Assembly: GCA_038526115.1 (NCBI GenBank)
Contig: JBCBHD010000001.1
Location: 1-39,741 of the forward strand
Direction of reading: 5' to 3'
Source: Pseudomonadota bacterium
GTDB taxonomy: Bacteria; Pseudomonadota; Alphaproteobacteria; Sphingomonadales; Sphingomonadaceae
Length of the DNA stretch: 39,741 nt
The position numbers and the translations under genes are program-made. The notes beneath the pieces are model-generated. The model worked only from the letters and a program-made list of their open reading frames with translations. It was not told where the DNA came from and did no database searches. This document shows, one piece after another, positions 7,879 to 15,865 of this stretch (position 1 is the first letter of the stretch; the number at the start of each line of letters is the position of its first letter).

Positions 7879-8076
7879 TTACTTGAGATTGATGATGCAG
7901 CATGAAGTTGATGCGCAGCATGAGCAGGAGTTGCACGAGCTGATACCGCTGGAAGCGCCAGTTTCTGGCATTGCCATCGCATCACCCAGAGCAACAACTT
8001 CAAGATCAGCGAAGTCGCTCATTTCAGAAGCAAGGTCGAACGAATCAACATCAAAGCTCAGTTCTTCAGTCCTCAT
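7879..8076 (-). CDS. Thiopeptide-type precursor peptide 1 (65 aa; core SSGISSCNSCSCCASTSCC-IINLK)
   Basis: Start MRTEELSFD at 8076 with GAGGG 7 nt upstream. The leader ends in PETGA|S, like the (L/M)PExGA|S junction of thiopeptide precursors. Confidence 0.9.
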   Translation of the reverse strand: MRTEELSFDVDSFDLASEMSDFADLEVVALGDAMAMPETGASSGISSCNSCSCCASTSCCIINLK

Positions 8077-8142
8077 AGTATTACCCTCATAATTAAACCC
8101 CACCTTGGGGCCTTTACGGTCTGGCTACTGCCGGACTTCATT

Positions 8143-8171
8143 AAAATGAGTAACTATATTTTCTCTGTCAA
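8143..8171 (-). promoter_or_regulatory. Candidate sigma70 promoter of the RiPP operon
   Basis: Perfect -35 TTGACA (8171-8166), a 17-nt spacer, and a weak -10 CATTTT (8148-8143) that keeps -11A and -7T. Lies about 65 nt upstream of precursor 1. Confidence 0.45.
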
Positions 8172-8229
8172 TAGAAAAAATGAGGTTTTTTCAGATACTT
8201 ATTTCGTAAATGCAAATACTCCCGTCTTC

Positions 8230-8293
8230 TTCACCAAATTATGTTTGATGAATACTGACAGGAATAGATCGTCGCCAAATCAATGTTTGGCGA
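8230..8293. promoter_or_regulatory. Two related imperfect palindromes, candidate operators
   Basis: TTCACCAAA-TTATG-TTTGATGAA (8230-8252) and TCGCCAAA-TCAATG-TTTGGCGA (8272-8293). Confidence 0.35.
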
Positions 8294-9073
8294 TTAATTT
8301 ATGCTGCGCGCAAAAGTGCGCTGGCTAGTCAGCCAGTGTCGCAAACATCTTGTGAAGAAGAATTCGGGATTGCGCCTCTCCAAAAAAGGAAGCCAATCCC
8401 GTCCAACAGACCCTCGATTTGAATACGGCTATCACTCGAAAATTCGCAAGTCAACGAATAGTTCGAAATAATGTTACCCTAAATAAGCATACGAACTGGT
8501 TTCTCCAACGTTTGGTCGAACTTTTGGGTTATGAATAAGTGCAGATCAAAATTTTCGGGGAATGTATCCTCATACACCCCAGGCTAGATCTAACGTAACT
8601 CGGCTCTACCAAGCTTTTTACATTCAAGTTCATTTATACTTATCAGTATTATTTAAGATACGCCGTACTATTCATATGACACGTTATGAAGTCCATTCGG
8701 TTTGACACATTGCGTGCGGCCCCATCGAACTGCAGTCGAGTAGACCGAGTTGTCGGGAAGCATGCAAACTGCGGAAAAAATTGATGATTTTCATTCTTTC
8801 CGCTGGCTCGCATTGCGGTGATCATGATCGCACCAGTCCGCGCGCACTTGAAATGGTTCGCCGTTTCACAAGCAGGTTTTTTGCGATTGCGGCAGCGCAG
8901 TGTGATCTGGACTGAAAATGCTGCGGCGCACTGTTCACACAATAAGTGTCAAGCTGGAGTAAGAGTCGAAACCTCTAGAGCGATCACTTCCAGCAGCCGC
9001 ACACCCCATCTGTTTGCTTCGATTGAGGTACAATGCACTTCCACCCAATCCGAGAATCTGCGACCATGTTGTG

Positions 9074-9787
9074 ATGCATCTTTTCGAGCTTCTCGTAGTC
9101 GCACATGTCTTAGCCGGCACAACCGGTCTTCTCGCTTTCTGGATCCCAATCGTGACACGAAAGGGGGGCCGGTCGCATCGCACTTGGGGCCGAGTCGCGT
9201 GCTTTGGTTTTATGATCGCGGGCGCTCTCGCCGTCGCCATGGCGTTATTGTCATTATACGGGCCAGAACACCGGATTCCTTCGTTCACCGATCGGGAGCT
9301 ATTCGCAGGCCTGTTTGGCTGGATGATGCTGTATCTGGGTCTGCTTACCATTGGTTTCGCCGATTACGGCTTGGCAGTGGTCAAGCACTCGCGTGATCGG
9401 CAGAGCCTCAGGCGGACGCGATATCAGCTAGTGATAGCGTCGGTTGTCGTGTCCGCCGCTTGGTGTGGTGTTTACGGCTACTTGATCGGCGAAGTGCTGA
9501 TGATCGCTGTCGCCTTGCTCGGACTTGTCGCGATGACCTTGCAACAAGTCTTTATCTGGCGCGCTACAGTGTCACGCATAGCCTATGTCGGTGAGCATTT
9601 CCGTGCGCTTCTGGGCATGGGAATCTCTGCGTACACAGCGTTCATGGCGGTCGGACTGATTCGCTGGATACCTGAAGAGGTGTTCAATCCCCTGATTTGG
9701 GCTGGTCCAAGCATCGTTGGCGTGGGCCTGATCATCTATTTCACGCTTCAGGCGAAACAGAAGCAAAAGGCCCGCGTGCGCAGCTGA
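9074..9787 (+). CDS. Integral membrane protein (DUF2306-like)
   Basis: Multiple TM segments; HVLAG...RKGGRSHRTWGR and EHFRALLG...AYTAF patterns. Start placed at MHLFELL. Confidence 0.65.
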   Translation: MHLFELLVVAHVLAGTTGLLAFWIPIVTRKGGRSHRTWGRVACFGFMIAGALAVAMALLSLYGPEHRIPSFTDRELFAGLFGWMMLYLGLLTIGFADYGLAVVKHSRDRQSLRRTRYQLVIASVVVSAAWCGVYGYLIGEVLMIAVALLGLVAMTLQQVFIWRATVSRIAYVGEHFRALLGMGISAYTAFMAVGLIRWIPEEVFNPLIWAGPSIVGVGLIIYFTLQAKQKQKARVRS

Positions 9788-9802
9788 TCCACCCTGTTTG
9801 CC

Positions 9803-10480
9803 CTAAGTGACAGACCACATCCGCATAAGATTGGCGATGTTCTTGTCGAGCGTGAGAAGCTCCAGCGAATTCGAATCAAGCTTTTGCCGCAGCGAAACGC
9901 GCAAGTTCTCCAGATCGAACAGCAATTCGCGTTGCGCCTGATCGGCGACAAGGCTCTCGATCCAGCCCACACAGACGATTCGCTCTCCGTTAGTAACCGG
10001 ACGCACCTCATGAATGCTTGTTGCGGGATACAGCACCATAAGCCCGGCCTTGGGCTTCACCTCGGACATCATCCCAGCGGAATGAATCGCCAATTCACCG
10101 CCCTCGTAGCTTTCGGGATCGGATAGAAACAGGGTGAAGGCGATGTCGGTCCTGAGCTTTACGCCGTCAGCACCCATGATCGCATTGTCGACATGCGGGC
10201 CATAATGGCCTTCATCCGCCGTTTTGCTGATCATGAGCTTGCTTATACGTCTTGGTCTTGCCGCGGCTCTCACGATCGAGTTTTCACTGACCAGAGGTCG
10301 CACCTGTTCTTCGACTTCACGCCCGACTGCATCGGACATGTCGGCCTGCAGATTCTGCTTCACTTCAGCGGCAACCTTTCCTGCCGTCGCACGCCCATCG
10401 CGCCAACTGAGCGCTTCTATCCGCCTTTGAAGGGCGGTAAGTTTAGCCTCGTCATCGAACGCCTTGATTGTCAGGATCAT
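9803..10480 (-). CDS. PKHD-type Fe(II)/2-oxoglutarate dioxygenase (PiuC/YbiX family)
   Basis: WRDGRATAG, HYGPHVDNA (HxD), RTDIAFTLFLSDPESYEGGEL, HEVRPVTNGER, WIESLV, NLMRMWS. 225 aa from ATG 10480. Confidence 0.9.
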   Translation of the reverse strand: MILTIKAFDDEAKLTALQRRIEALSWRDGRATAGKVAAEVKQNLQADMSDAVGREVEEQVRPLVSENSIVRAAARPRRISKLMISKTADEGHYGPHVDNAIMGADGVKLRTDIAFTLFLSDPESYEGGELAIHSAGMMSEVKPKAGLMVLYPATSIHEVRPVTNGERIVCVGWIESLVADQAQRELLFDLENLRVSLRQKLDSNSLELLTLDKNIANLMRMWSVT

Positions 10481-10566
10481 CGCACGCCGTATCCGATATT
10501 GAGTTGCACCTTTGAGCCCTCGCATTATTGTTTGGGCAACGCAGGAATATCCTTGGAGCAAGCGCA

Positions 10567-11352
10567 ATGAAAGTCGCCTTAAAGACATGGACCGGGCTTG
10601 GTCTGGCTACAGCTTTGGTAGGCGCGGGGCTGGCAGGCTGTGCGGGCGAAGGCGGCGAGAACGGCGAAACTACGCCAGCGACCCAGGGCGGGGAATCTGG
10701 CGAAAGCGGCGGCGAGGCTGGAGAAGGCGAAGGCGGCGAGTCTGGCGAAAGTGGCGGCGACATCGGGAAGCTGCCTTTGCCGAAACGGGTGGTGTTCATG
10801 TCGGGCCATGTTGCTGCAGGAATTGCGCTCTACCGCGCTGGGAATAGCGAAGCCGCCGCTCCGCATCTGCTCCATCCAGTCTCTGAAACGCACGCCGATG
10901 AGCGAGCAGGTCTTGCCGAGCTAGGATTTGACGCATCGCCGTTCGAATCGGTTTCTGCAGCGCTTGAAGCTGGAAAGCCAGCCGAGGAGATCGAACCTCA
11001 GCTGAATGCTGCCGAAGCCAATATTGCCAAGCTCAGACAAGATGCCGGCGGTGATACGGCCGAATTGATCAGATACCTGATGGAAGTTGCATCCGAGGAA
11101 TACGCTATTGCGGTGCCGGACACATCTGTTGTTGACCCGGCTGAATATCAGGATGCGTGGGGTTTTGTCGTTATCGCACGTGAACTTGCTGACGGTCTGG
11201 ATGCGCCAAAGGCGTCTGAAGTCCGCACGACCCTCGACACTATGCTCAGTCTCTGGCCGGACGATGCACCTATCCCGCCAGACAACCCCGCTTCGGCGGG
11301 GCAGGTCTCGGCACTGGCTTCGAGGGTGGCGCTCGACCTGCCGCAAACCTGA
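10567..11352 (+). CDS. Lipoprotein with Gly/Glu-rich linker, putative metal-binding protein
   Basis: Lipobox LAGC, GE(S/G)GE repeats, and motifs MSGH, HLLHPVSETH, EEY and EYQDAWGF. SD GGAG precedes ATG 10567. Confidence 0.7.
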   Translation: MKVALKTWTGLGLATALVGAGLAGCAGEGGENGETTPATQGGESGESGGEAGEGEGGESGESGGDIGKLPLPKRVVFMSGHVAAGIALYRAGNSEAAAPHLLHPVSETHADERAGLAELGFDASPFESVSAALEAGKPAEEIEPQLNAAEANIAKLRQDAGGDTAELIRYLMEVASEEYAIAVPDTSVVDPAEYQDAWGFVVIARELADGLDAPKASEVRTTLDTMLSLWPDDAPIPPDNPASAGQVSALASRVALDLPQT

Positions 11353-11361
11353 CAGGGGAAT

Positions 11362-12009
11362 TCAGTCTTCGCCGGCAATTCCTTTCGCGAGGAGTGTGTT
11401 AACTGCGGTTGCGACCTCCTCCGGCGAAAGCGGAGCTGCTTCGTCTTCCCAAACTACGTAACGCAGGCCAACAAAGACGTTCATTCCCATCAAGGCCCAG
11501 GCTTCGAGTTCGCCGAGATCCTCGCGAAATTCCCCGCTCTTGCCACCAGCTTCGAGTCGCGCTGCGATCCGGCCGGCGATAGTTTCGTAGTGACGCCGGT
11601 AACTTGCCGGATCGACGAATTCCGCTTCGTCGATGATGCGATAAATTTCACGATGTTCCTTCGCGAATTGCAAGAAGGCCGTCAGCGCAGCTTGCTCGAT
11701 CTTCAGCGCACCCATGTCCTTTGAAAGCGCGGCGCGCGCACTGCTCTGGACCGTCGCGCTCATATCGGCGACCAACGCCCGGAACAATGCATCCTTACTG
11801 TCAAAGTAGGTGTAAAAACTGCCCAAAGCGACGCCTGCGCGGCGAGTGATCGAACTGACAGACGCTTCGTGAAAGCCCTTTTCACCAAATTCGATAGCGG
11901 AGGCATCAAGCAACTTGCGCAAGGTTTTTCGGCCTCGCTCAGTGCGCGGCACCTTGCTGTCTGTGACCCCCGGCGAACTTTGTGCCGGGCTACCGGCTAT
12001 CTGGTCCAT
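11362..12009 (-). CDS. TetR/AcrR family transcriptional regulator
   Basis: HTH FGEKGFHEASVSSITRRAGVALGSFYTYFDSKDALF; purine-rich SD before ATG 12009. Confidence 0.9.
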   Translation of the reverse strand: MDQIAGSPAQSSPGVTDSKVPRTERGRKTLRKLLDASAIEFGEKGFHEASVSSITRRAGVALGSFYTYFDSKDALFRALVADMSATVQSSARAALSKDMGALKIEQAALTAFLQFAKEHREIYRIIDEAEFVDPASYRRHYETIAGRIAARLEAGGKSGEFREDLGELEAWALMGMNVFVGLRYVVWEDEAAPLSPEEVATAVNTLLAKGIAGED

Positions 12010-12065
12010 TCCCCTACTCCTCGACCTGTGCGTAGGCGGCCCAGCGGTACGAGACAAGTCTAAAC

Positions 12066-12088
12066 TTGAAAGTTGGTTCAACTTTCAA
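12066..12088. promoter_or_regulatory. Perfect inverted repeat, probable TetR operator
   Basis: TTGAAAGTTG-GTT-CAACTTTCAA between the divergent tetR and TBDR genes. Confidence 0.7.
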
Positions 12089-12128
12089 TATTGAGATTGG
12101 TACAAGAGGGTTTGGAGAGGAACCAGCC

Positions 12129-14489
12129 ATGAACACTGTACTTCGCACCCAAGCGATACTGCTTGCCGGCTGCGCCAGTCTTGCCACCGTATCGACTCAG
12201 GCTTTTGCTCAGGATGCAACCGGCAGTGCGACGATCGGTGACAACGAGTTCGTAGATGAGGACACAGGTCCGGGAATCATTGTCACCGCACGCAGGCGTG
12301 AAGAGGCACTTATCGATGTGCCGCTATCAGTCACGGCAATCACGGGCGATTCGCTTGAGCAGCAGGGTGTTCAGTCCCTTACCGAGGTTGCCCAGCAGGT
12401 GCCGAACATCACGCTGGAGGTGAGCCGCGGGACCAACACCACGCTCACTGCCTTTATCCGCGGCGTTGGCCAGCAAGACCCAGTGGCTGGCTTTGAAGCA
12501 GGCGTCGGTCTCTATATTGATGATGTCTACCTGAACCGGCCGCAAGCAGCTGTTCTAGACATATATGATGTTGAGCGGATCGAGGTTCTGCGCGGCCCAC
12601 AAGGCACATTGTATGGTCGCAACACGATCGGTGGCGCGATCAAATATGTCACTGCGGAATTGCCTGACGAAACCAGTGTCAGCATTCGCGGCACCTACGG
12701 CTCTTTCGATCAGGCCGATCTGATCATTAGCGGATCGACCCCGATAACCGACAGCCTCAAGATTGGGGCCAGCGGCGCTCGGCTTTCACGCGGAGGTTTC
12801 GGTGACAACCTCAATCTCGGCACCGAAAACTACAACAAGGATGTGTGGGCAGCACGCGGAACTATAGAGTTCGACAACGGGCCGGTTTTCGTCCGTTTGT
12901 CCGGCGACTACGTGCTTGATGAAAGCGAAGCGCGACAAGGCGGTCGGTTGATCACCAGCCTGTTTACCGGCGCGCCGGTGCTGGACAATGTGTTTGACAC
13001 CCGTGCAGGCCTCGACGTCGTCGATCAGGAAGTCGAAGCCTATGGTGGCGCGCTGAATATCGCGATCGAACTGACGGACACGCTGACGCTCAAATCAATC
13101 ACCGGCTATCGTGAAGACAAATCGACCACGCCGATCGATTTTGACAGTCTGCCCGCAGCGGATCTTGATGTGCCAGCGATCTACGAAAACGATCAATTCA
13201 GTCAGGAGCTTCAGCTGCTGTATGAAGGCGACCGGCTTTCCGGCGTCTTGGGCTTCTACTATCTGGACGCCAACGCCTTCACCGCATTCGATGTTGCACT
13301 GTTCAACACTGGCGATCTGATCAACCTGCCCGGTCTTAACGCACAAACTCTGGGCGATGTTGGAACAAAGACATGGTCTGTTTTCGGCGACTTCACTTTT
13401 GATGTAACAGACACCCTGAGCATTTCGGTAGGCGGGCGCTACACCAATGATGAGCGCACCAGCCGAGTTTTGCGCACCACCTTTATTGGCGGGTTCTCGG
13501 ACCTCTTTGTGCCTGGCAGCGCAGCGATCCCAATCGCAACCACCAGCGACTTCGAAGGCAGCGAGACCTTTGAAGACTTCAACCCACGTGCTTCGATCAG
13601 CTGGCAACCAACGCGCGATCACAACATCTACTTCACCTATTCCCAAGGCTTCAAAGGTGGCGGCTTCGACCCGCGGGGACAGACGACCGCCGCACCAGAC
13701 CTCGACGGTGATGGTGATGTGGATTTCGATGACCAGTTCGAATTCCTGCGGTTCGCTCCGGAAACGGTGGACAGCTATGAATTGGGGTGGAAAGCTTCGC
13801 TGCTCGACAATCGCCTGAATATCAGTCTGGCCGCATTTCTTGGCTCATATGACGATGTTCAGATCCCCGGATCGGTCGGGCTCGACACCAATGGCGATGG
13901 AGTGAATGACAGTTTTATCGGAATCACGTCGAACGCGGCCTCTGCCGACGTGAACGGTTTGGAGTTCGAAGGTAATGCACTGGTAGGGCGCGATTTCTGG
14001 GGCGATGGCAGCCGCTTGAACGTCAATTGGTCGCTGGGCGTGCTGGATGCGAGTTTCAACGAATTCATCGATGCGTTCGGTGTTGATGTCGCGGACCAGC
14101 GAGTGTTCCAGAACACGCCTGACGTAACAGCCCATATGGGATTCGTGCTGGGCGTGCCTGCAGCGGACGGCATGATCGATTTCATCGGCACGGCTGCCTT
14201 GCGCGGCGATGCGAGCCAATTCGAAACGCCCAATCCGTTCCTTGATCAGGATAGTTTTGTGTTGGTCGACGCCAGCATCGTCTACACCAGTGACAGCGGG
14301 CTTTTCTCAATCGGCGGTCACGTGAAGAACCTGTTCGACAAGGAATACATTGTCGCCGGGTATAATTTCGTCGCCGGCGGCACGCCTCCGGGCACTCCAT
14401 TTGTATCGACGCTTGGCCTCGAAGGCACGCTCACGGGGTTCTATGGCGACCCAAGGCGGTTCTTTGTGACTGCCGAAGTGAATTTCTAA
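12129..14489 (+). CDS. TonB-dependent receptor
   Basis: Signal peptide ending AFAQ, TonB-box region IIVTARRREE, plug motif DVERIEVLRGPQGTLYGRNTIGGAI, C-terminal F. SD GAGAGGA. Confidence 0.95.
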   Translation: MNTVLRTQAILLAGCASLATVSTQAFAQDATGSATIGDNEFVDEDTGPGIIVTARRREEALIDVPLSVTAITGDSLEQQGVQSLTEVAQQVPNITLEVSRGTNTTLTAFIRGVGQQDPVAGFEAGVGLYIDDVYLNRPQAAVLDIYDVERIEVLRGPQGTLYGRNTIGGAIKYVTAELPDETSVSIRGTYGSFDQADLIISGSTPITDSLKIGASGARLSRGGFGDNLNLGTENYNKDVWAARGTIEFDNGPVFVRLSGDYVLDESEARQGGRLITSLFTGAPVLDNVFDTRAGLDVVDQEVEAYGGALNIAIELTDTLTLKSITGYREDKSTTPIDFDSLPAADLDVPAIYENDQFSQELQLLYEGDRLSGVLGFYYLDANAFTAFDVALFNTGDLINLPGLNAQTLGDVGTKTWSVFGDFTFDVTDTLSISVGGRYTNDERTSRVLRTTFIGGFSDLFVPGSAAIPIATTSDFEGSETFEDFNPRASISWQPTRDHNIYFTYSQGFKGGGFDPRGQTTAAPDLDGDGDVDFDDQFEFLRFAPETVDSYELGWKASLLDNRLNISLAAFLGSYDDVQIPGSVGLDTNGDGVNDSFIGITSNAASADVNGLEFEGNALVGRDFWGDGSRLNVNWSLGVLDASFNEFIDAFGVDVADQRVFQNTPDVTAHMGFVLGVPAADGMIDFIGTAALRGDASQFETPNPFLDQDSFVLVDASIVYTSDSGLFSIGGHVKNLFDKEYIVAGYNFVAGGTPPGTPFVSTLGLEGTLTGFYGDPRRFFVTAEVNF

Positions 14490-14587
14490 GGCGCTCGCCT
14501 AGGGGTCAGCGCCTCTCTCCAAACCCTTGCGCTAACCCCACCCCAACAAGTCTTTCAAATCGCTGCGGCAGGCTCTAAGCGCTGCGC

Positions 14588-15865
14588 ATGCATGACATTC
14601 GACTAATCCGAGACGATCCCGATGGTTTTGACGCTGTTCTTGCACGGCGCGGTGCGGAACCAATCGCCAAAGCGGTTGTCGCGCTTGATGAAGAGCGCCG
14701 AAAGCTCACCACTCAGCTTCAGGAAGCACAATCACGCCGCAATGAGGCGTCAAAGGCAATCGGACAGGCCATGGGTCAGGGCGACACCGAAAAGGCCGAA
14801 GCTCTGAAAGCCGAGGTTGCTGAACTCAAGAAAACGATGCCAGATCTAGAAGAACGCGAGCGTACCGTTGCTGAGCAATTAAGGGCGACGATGCTGGCTT
14901 TGCCCAATTTGCTTGATCCTTCTGTACCAGACGGTGAAAGCGAGGAGGACAATGTCTTCCTGCGGGATTGGGGTGAAAAGCCGAGCTTCGATTTCGAACC
15001 TCAGGAACACGCCGACATTGCGCCCGCGCTGGGAATGGACTTCGAAACAGGCACAAAGATCTCGGGGGCGCGGTTTACTTTCCTGCGGGGAGACATCGCA
15101 CGGCTGCACCGTGCATTGGGCCAGTTCATGCTGGATACCAACACCGGCAAGCACGGATACACGGAATGCAATCCCCCGCTGCTGATCAATGAAGAAGCAG
15201 GCTATGGCACGGGACAGCTTCCAAAATTTGCCGAGGATCTGTTTCGCACCACCGATGGGCGACTGCTGATCTCCACATCGGAAATGACATTAGGCAACTC
15301 ATTTCGCGAGCAGATATTCGCCGAAAGTGATTTCCCGATGCGCGTGACAGCACTGACCCCATGCTTCCGCTCCGAAGCAGGGGCTGCAGGACGCGATACT
15401 CGCGGATTCATTCGTCAACATCAGTTCGAAAAGGTCGAATTGATCAGCGCGGCCTTGCCAGAGAAGGCCCCAGAAGAGCTTGAAAGGATCACATCGATTG
15501 CAGAAGGGCTGCTTCAGGCGCTTGGCTTGCACTACCGCGTGGTTGCTCTTTGCGCCGGCGACATGGGCAATATGATGAAGACCTATGATCTCGAAGTCTG
15601 GCTACCCGGCCAGGGCGCCTATCGCGAAATTAGCTCGTGCTCCGACGGCGGCACCTACCAACCTCGCCGGATGAATGCACGGTATCGGCCTGAAGGGGAG
15701 AAAAAGACCGAATTCTTCCATCTATTGAATGGCTCAGGTCTAGCAGTTGGTCGAACACTGGTTGCGATCATGGAGAACTATCAGCAAGCCGATGGTTCAG
15801 TGCGGATACCCGAGGTACTTATCCCTTACATGGGCGGTGTGACCAAGCTGGAGCCAACGTCCTGA
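14588..15865 (+). CDS. serS: Serine--tRNA ligase
   Basis: N-terminal coiled coil, CFRSEAG, RQHQFEKVE, KTYDLEVW, REISSCS, LNGSGLAVGR. Confidence 0.96.
   Translation: MHDIRLIRDDPDGFDAVLARRGAEPIAKAVVALDEERRKLTTQLQEAQSRRNEASKAIGQAMGQGDTEKAEALKAEVAELKKTMPDLEERERTVAEQLRATMLALPNLLDPSVPDGESEEDNVFLRDWGEKPSFDFEPQEHADIAPALGMDFETGTKISGARFTFLRGDIARLHRALGQFMLDTNTGKHGYTECNPPLLINEEAGYGTGQLPKFAEDLFRTTDGRLLISTSEMTLGNSFREQIFAESDFPMRVTALTPCFRSEAGAAGRDTRGFIRQHQFEKVELISAALPEKAPEELERITSIAEGLLQALGLHYRVVALCAGDMGNMMKTYDLEVWLPGQGAYREISSCSDGGTYQPRRMNARYRPEGEKKTEFFHLLNGSGLAVGRTLVAIMENYQQADGSVRIPEVLIPYMGGVTKLEPTS

Noticed and set aside
7468-8076. Precursor array as a CRISPR or non-coding tandem repeat, or as metallothionein genes
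   Set aside because: There are no fixed repeats with unique spacers. The copies are codon-structured with a RiPP-type leader and sit beside dehydratase and cyclase genes.
7253-8092. Plus-strand ORFs 7253-7648, 7665-7886 and 7883-8092 with repeated QHE...ASPRA text
   Set aside because: They are antisense shadows of the precursor genes. The variation between copies is synonymous only in the minus-strand frame, and the SD sequences support that frame.
8146-9396. Short ORFs 8146-8328, 8649-8942, 8818-9396 and 8935-9351
   Set aside because: No recognisable motifs or convincing SD; they overlap regulatory DNA or the real membrane-protein gene.
10495-10530. Possible Fur/iron box between the PiuC-like gene and the lipoprotein
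   Set aside because: Only partial half-sites, with spacing that does not fit a palindrome.
9803-14489. PiuC-like dioxygenase and TonB receptor as tailoring or transport genes of the RiPP cluster
   Set aside because: They are separated from the cluster by the AT-rich region and an opposite-strand gene, have their own promoter contexts, and are common in sphingomonad chromosomes. No sequence link was found.
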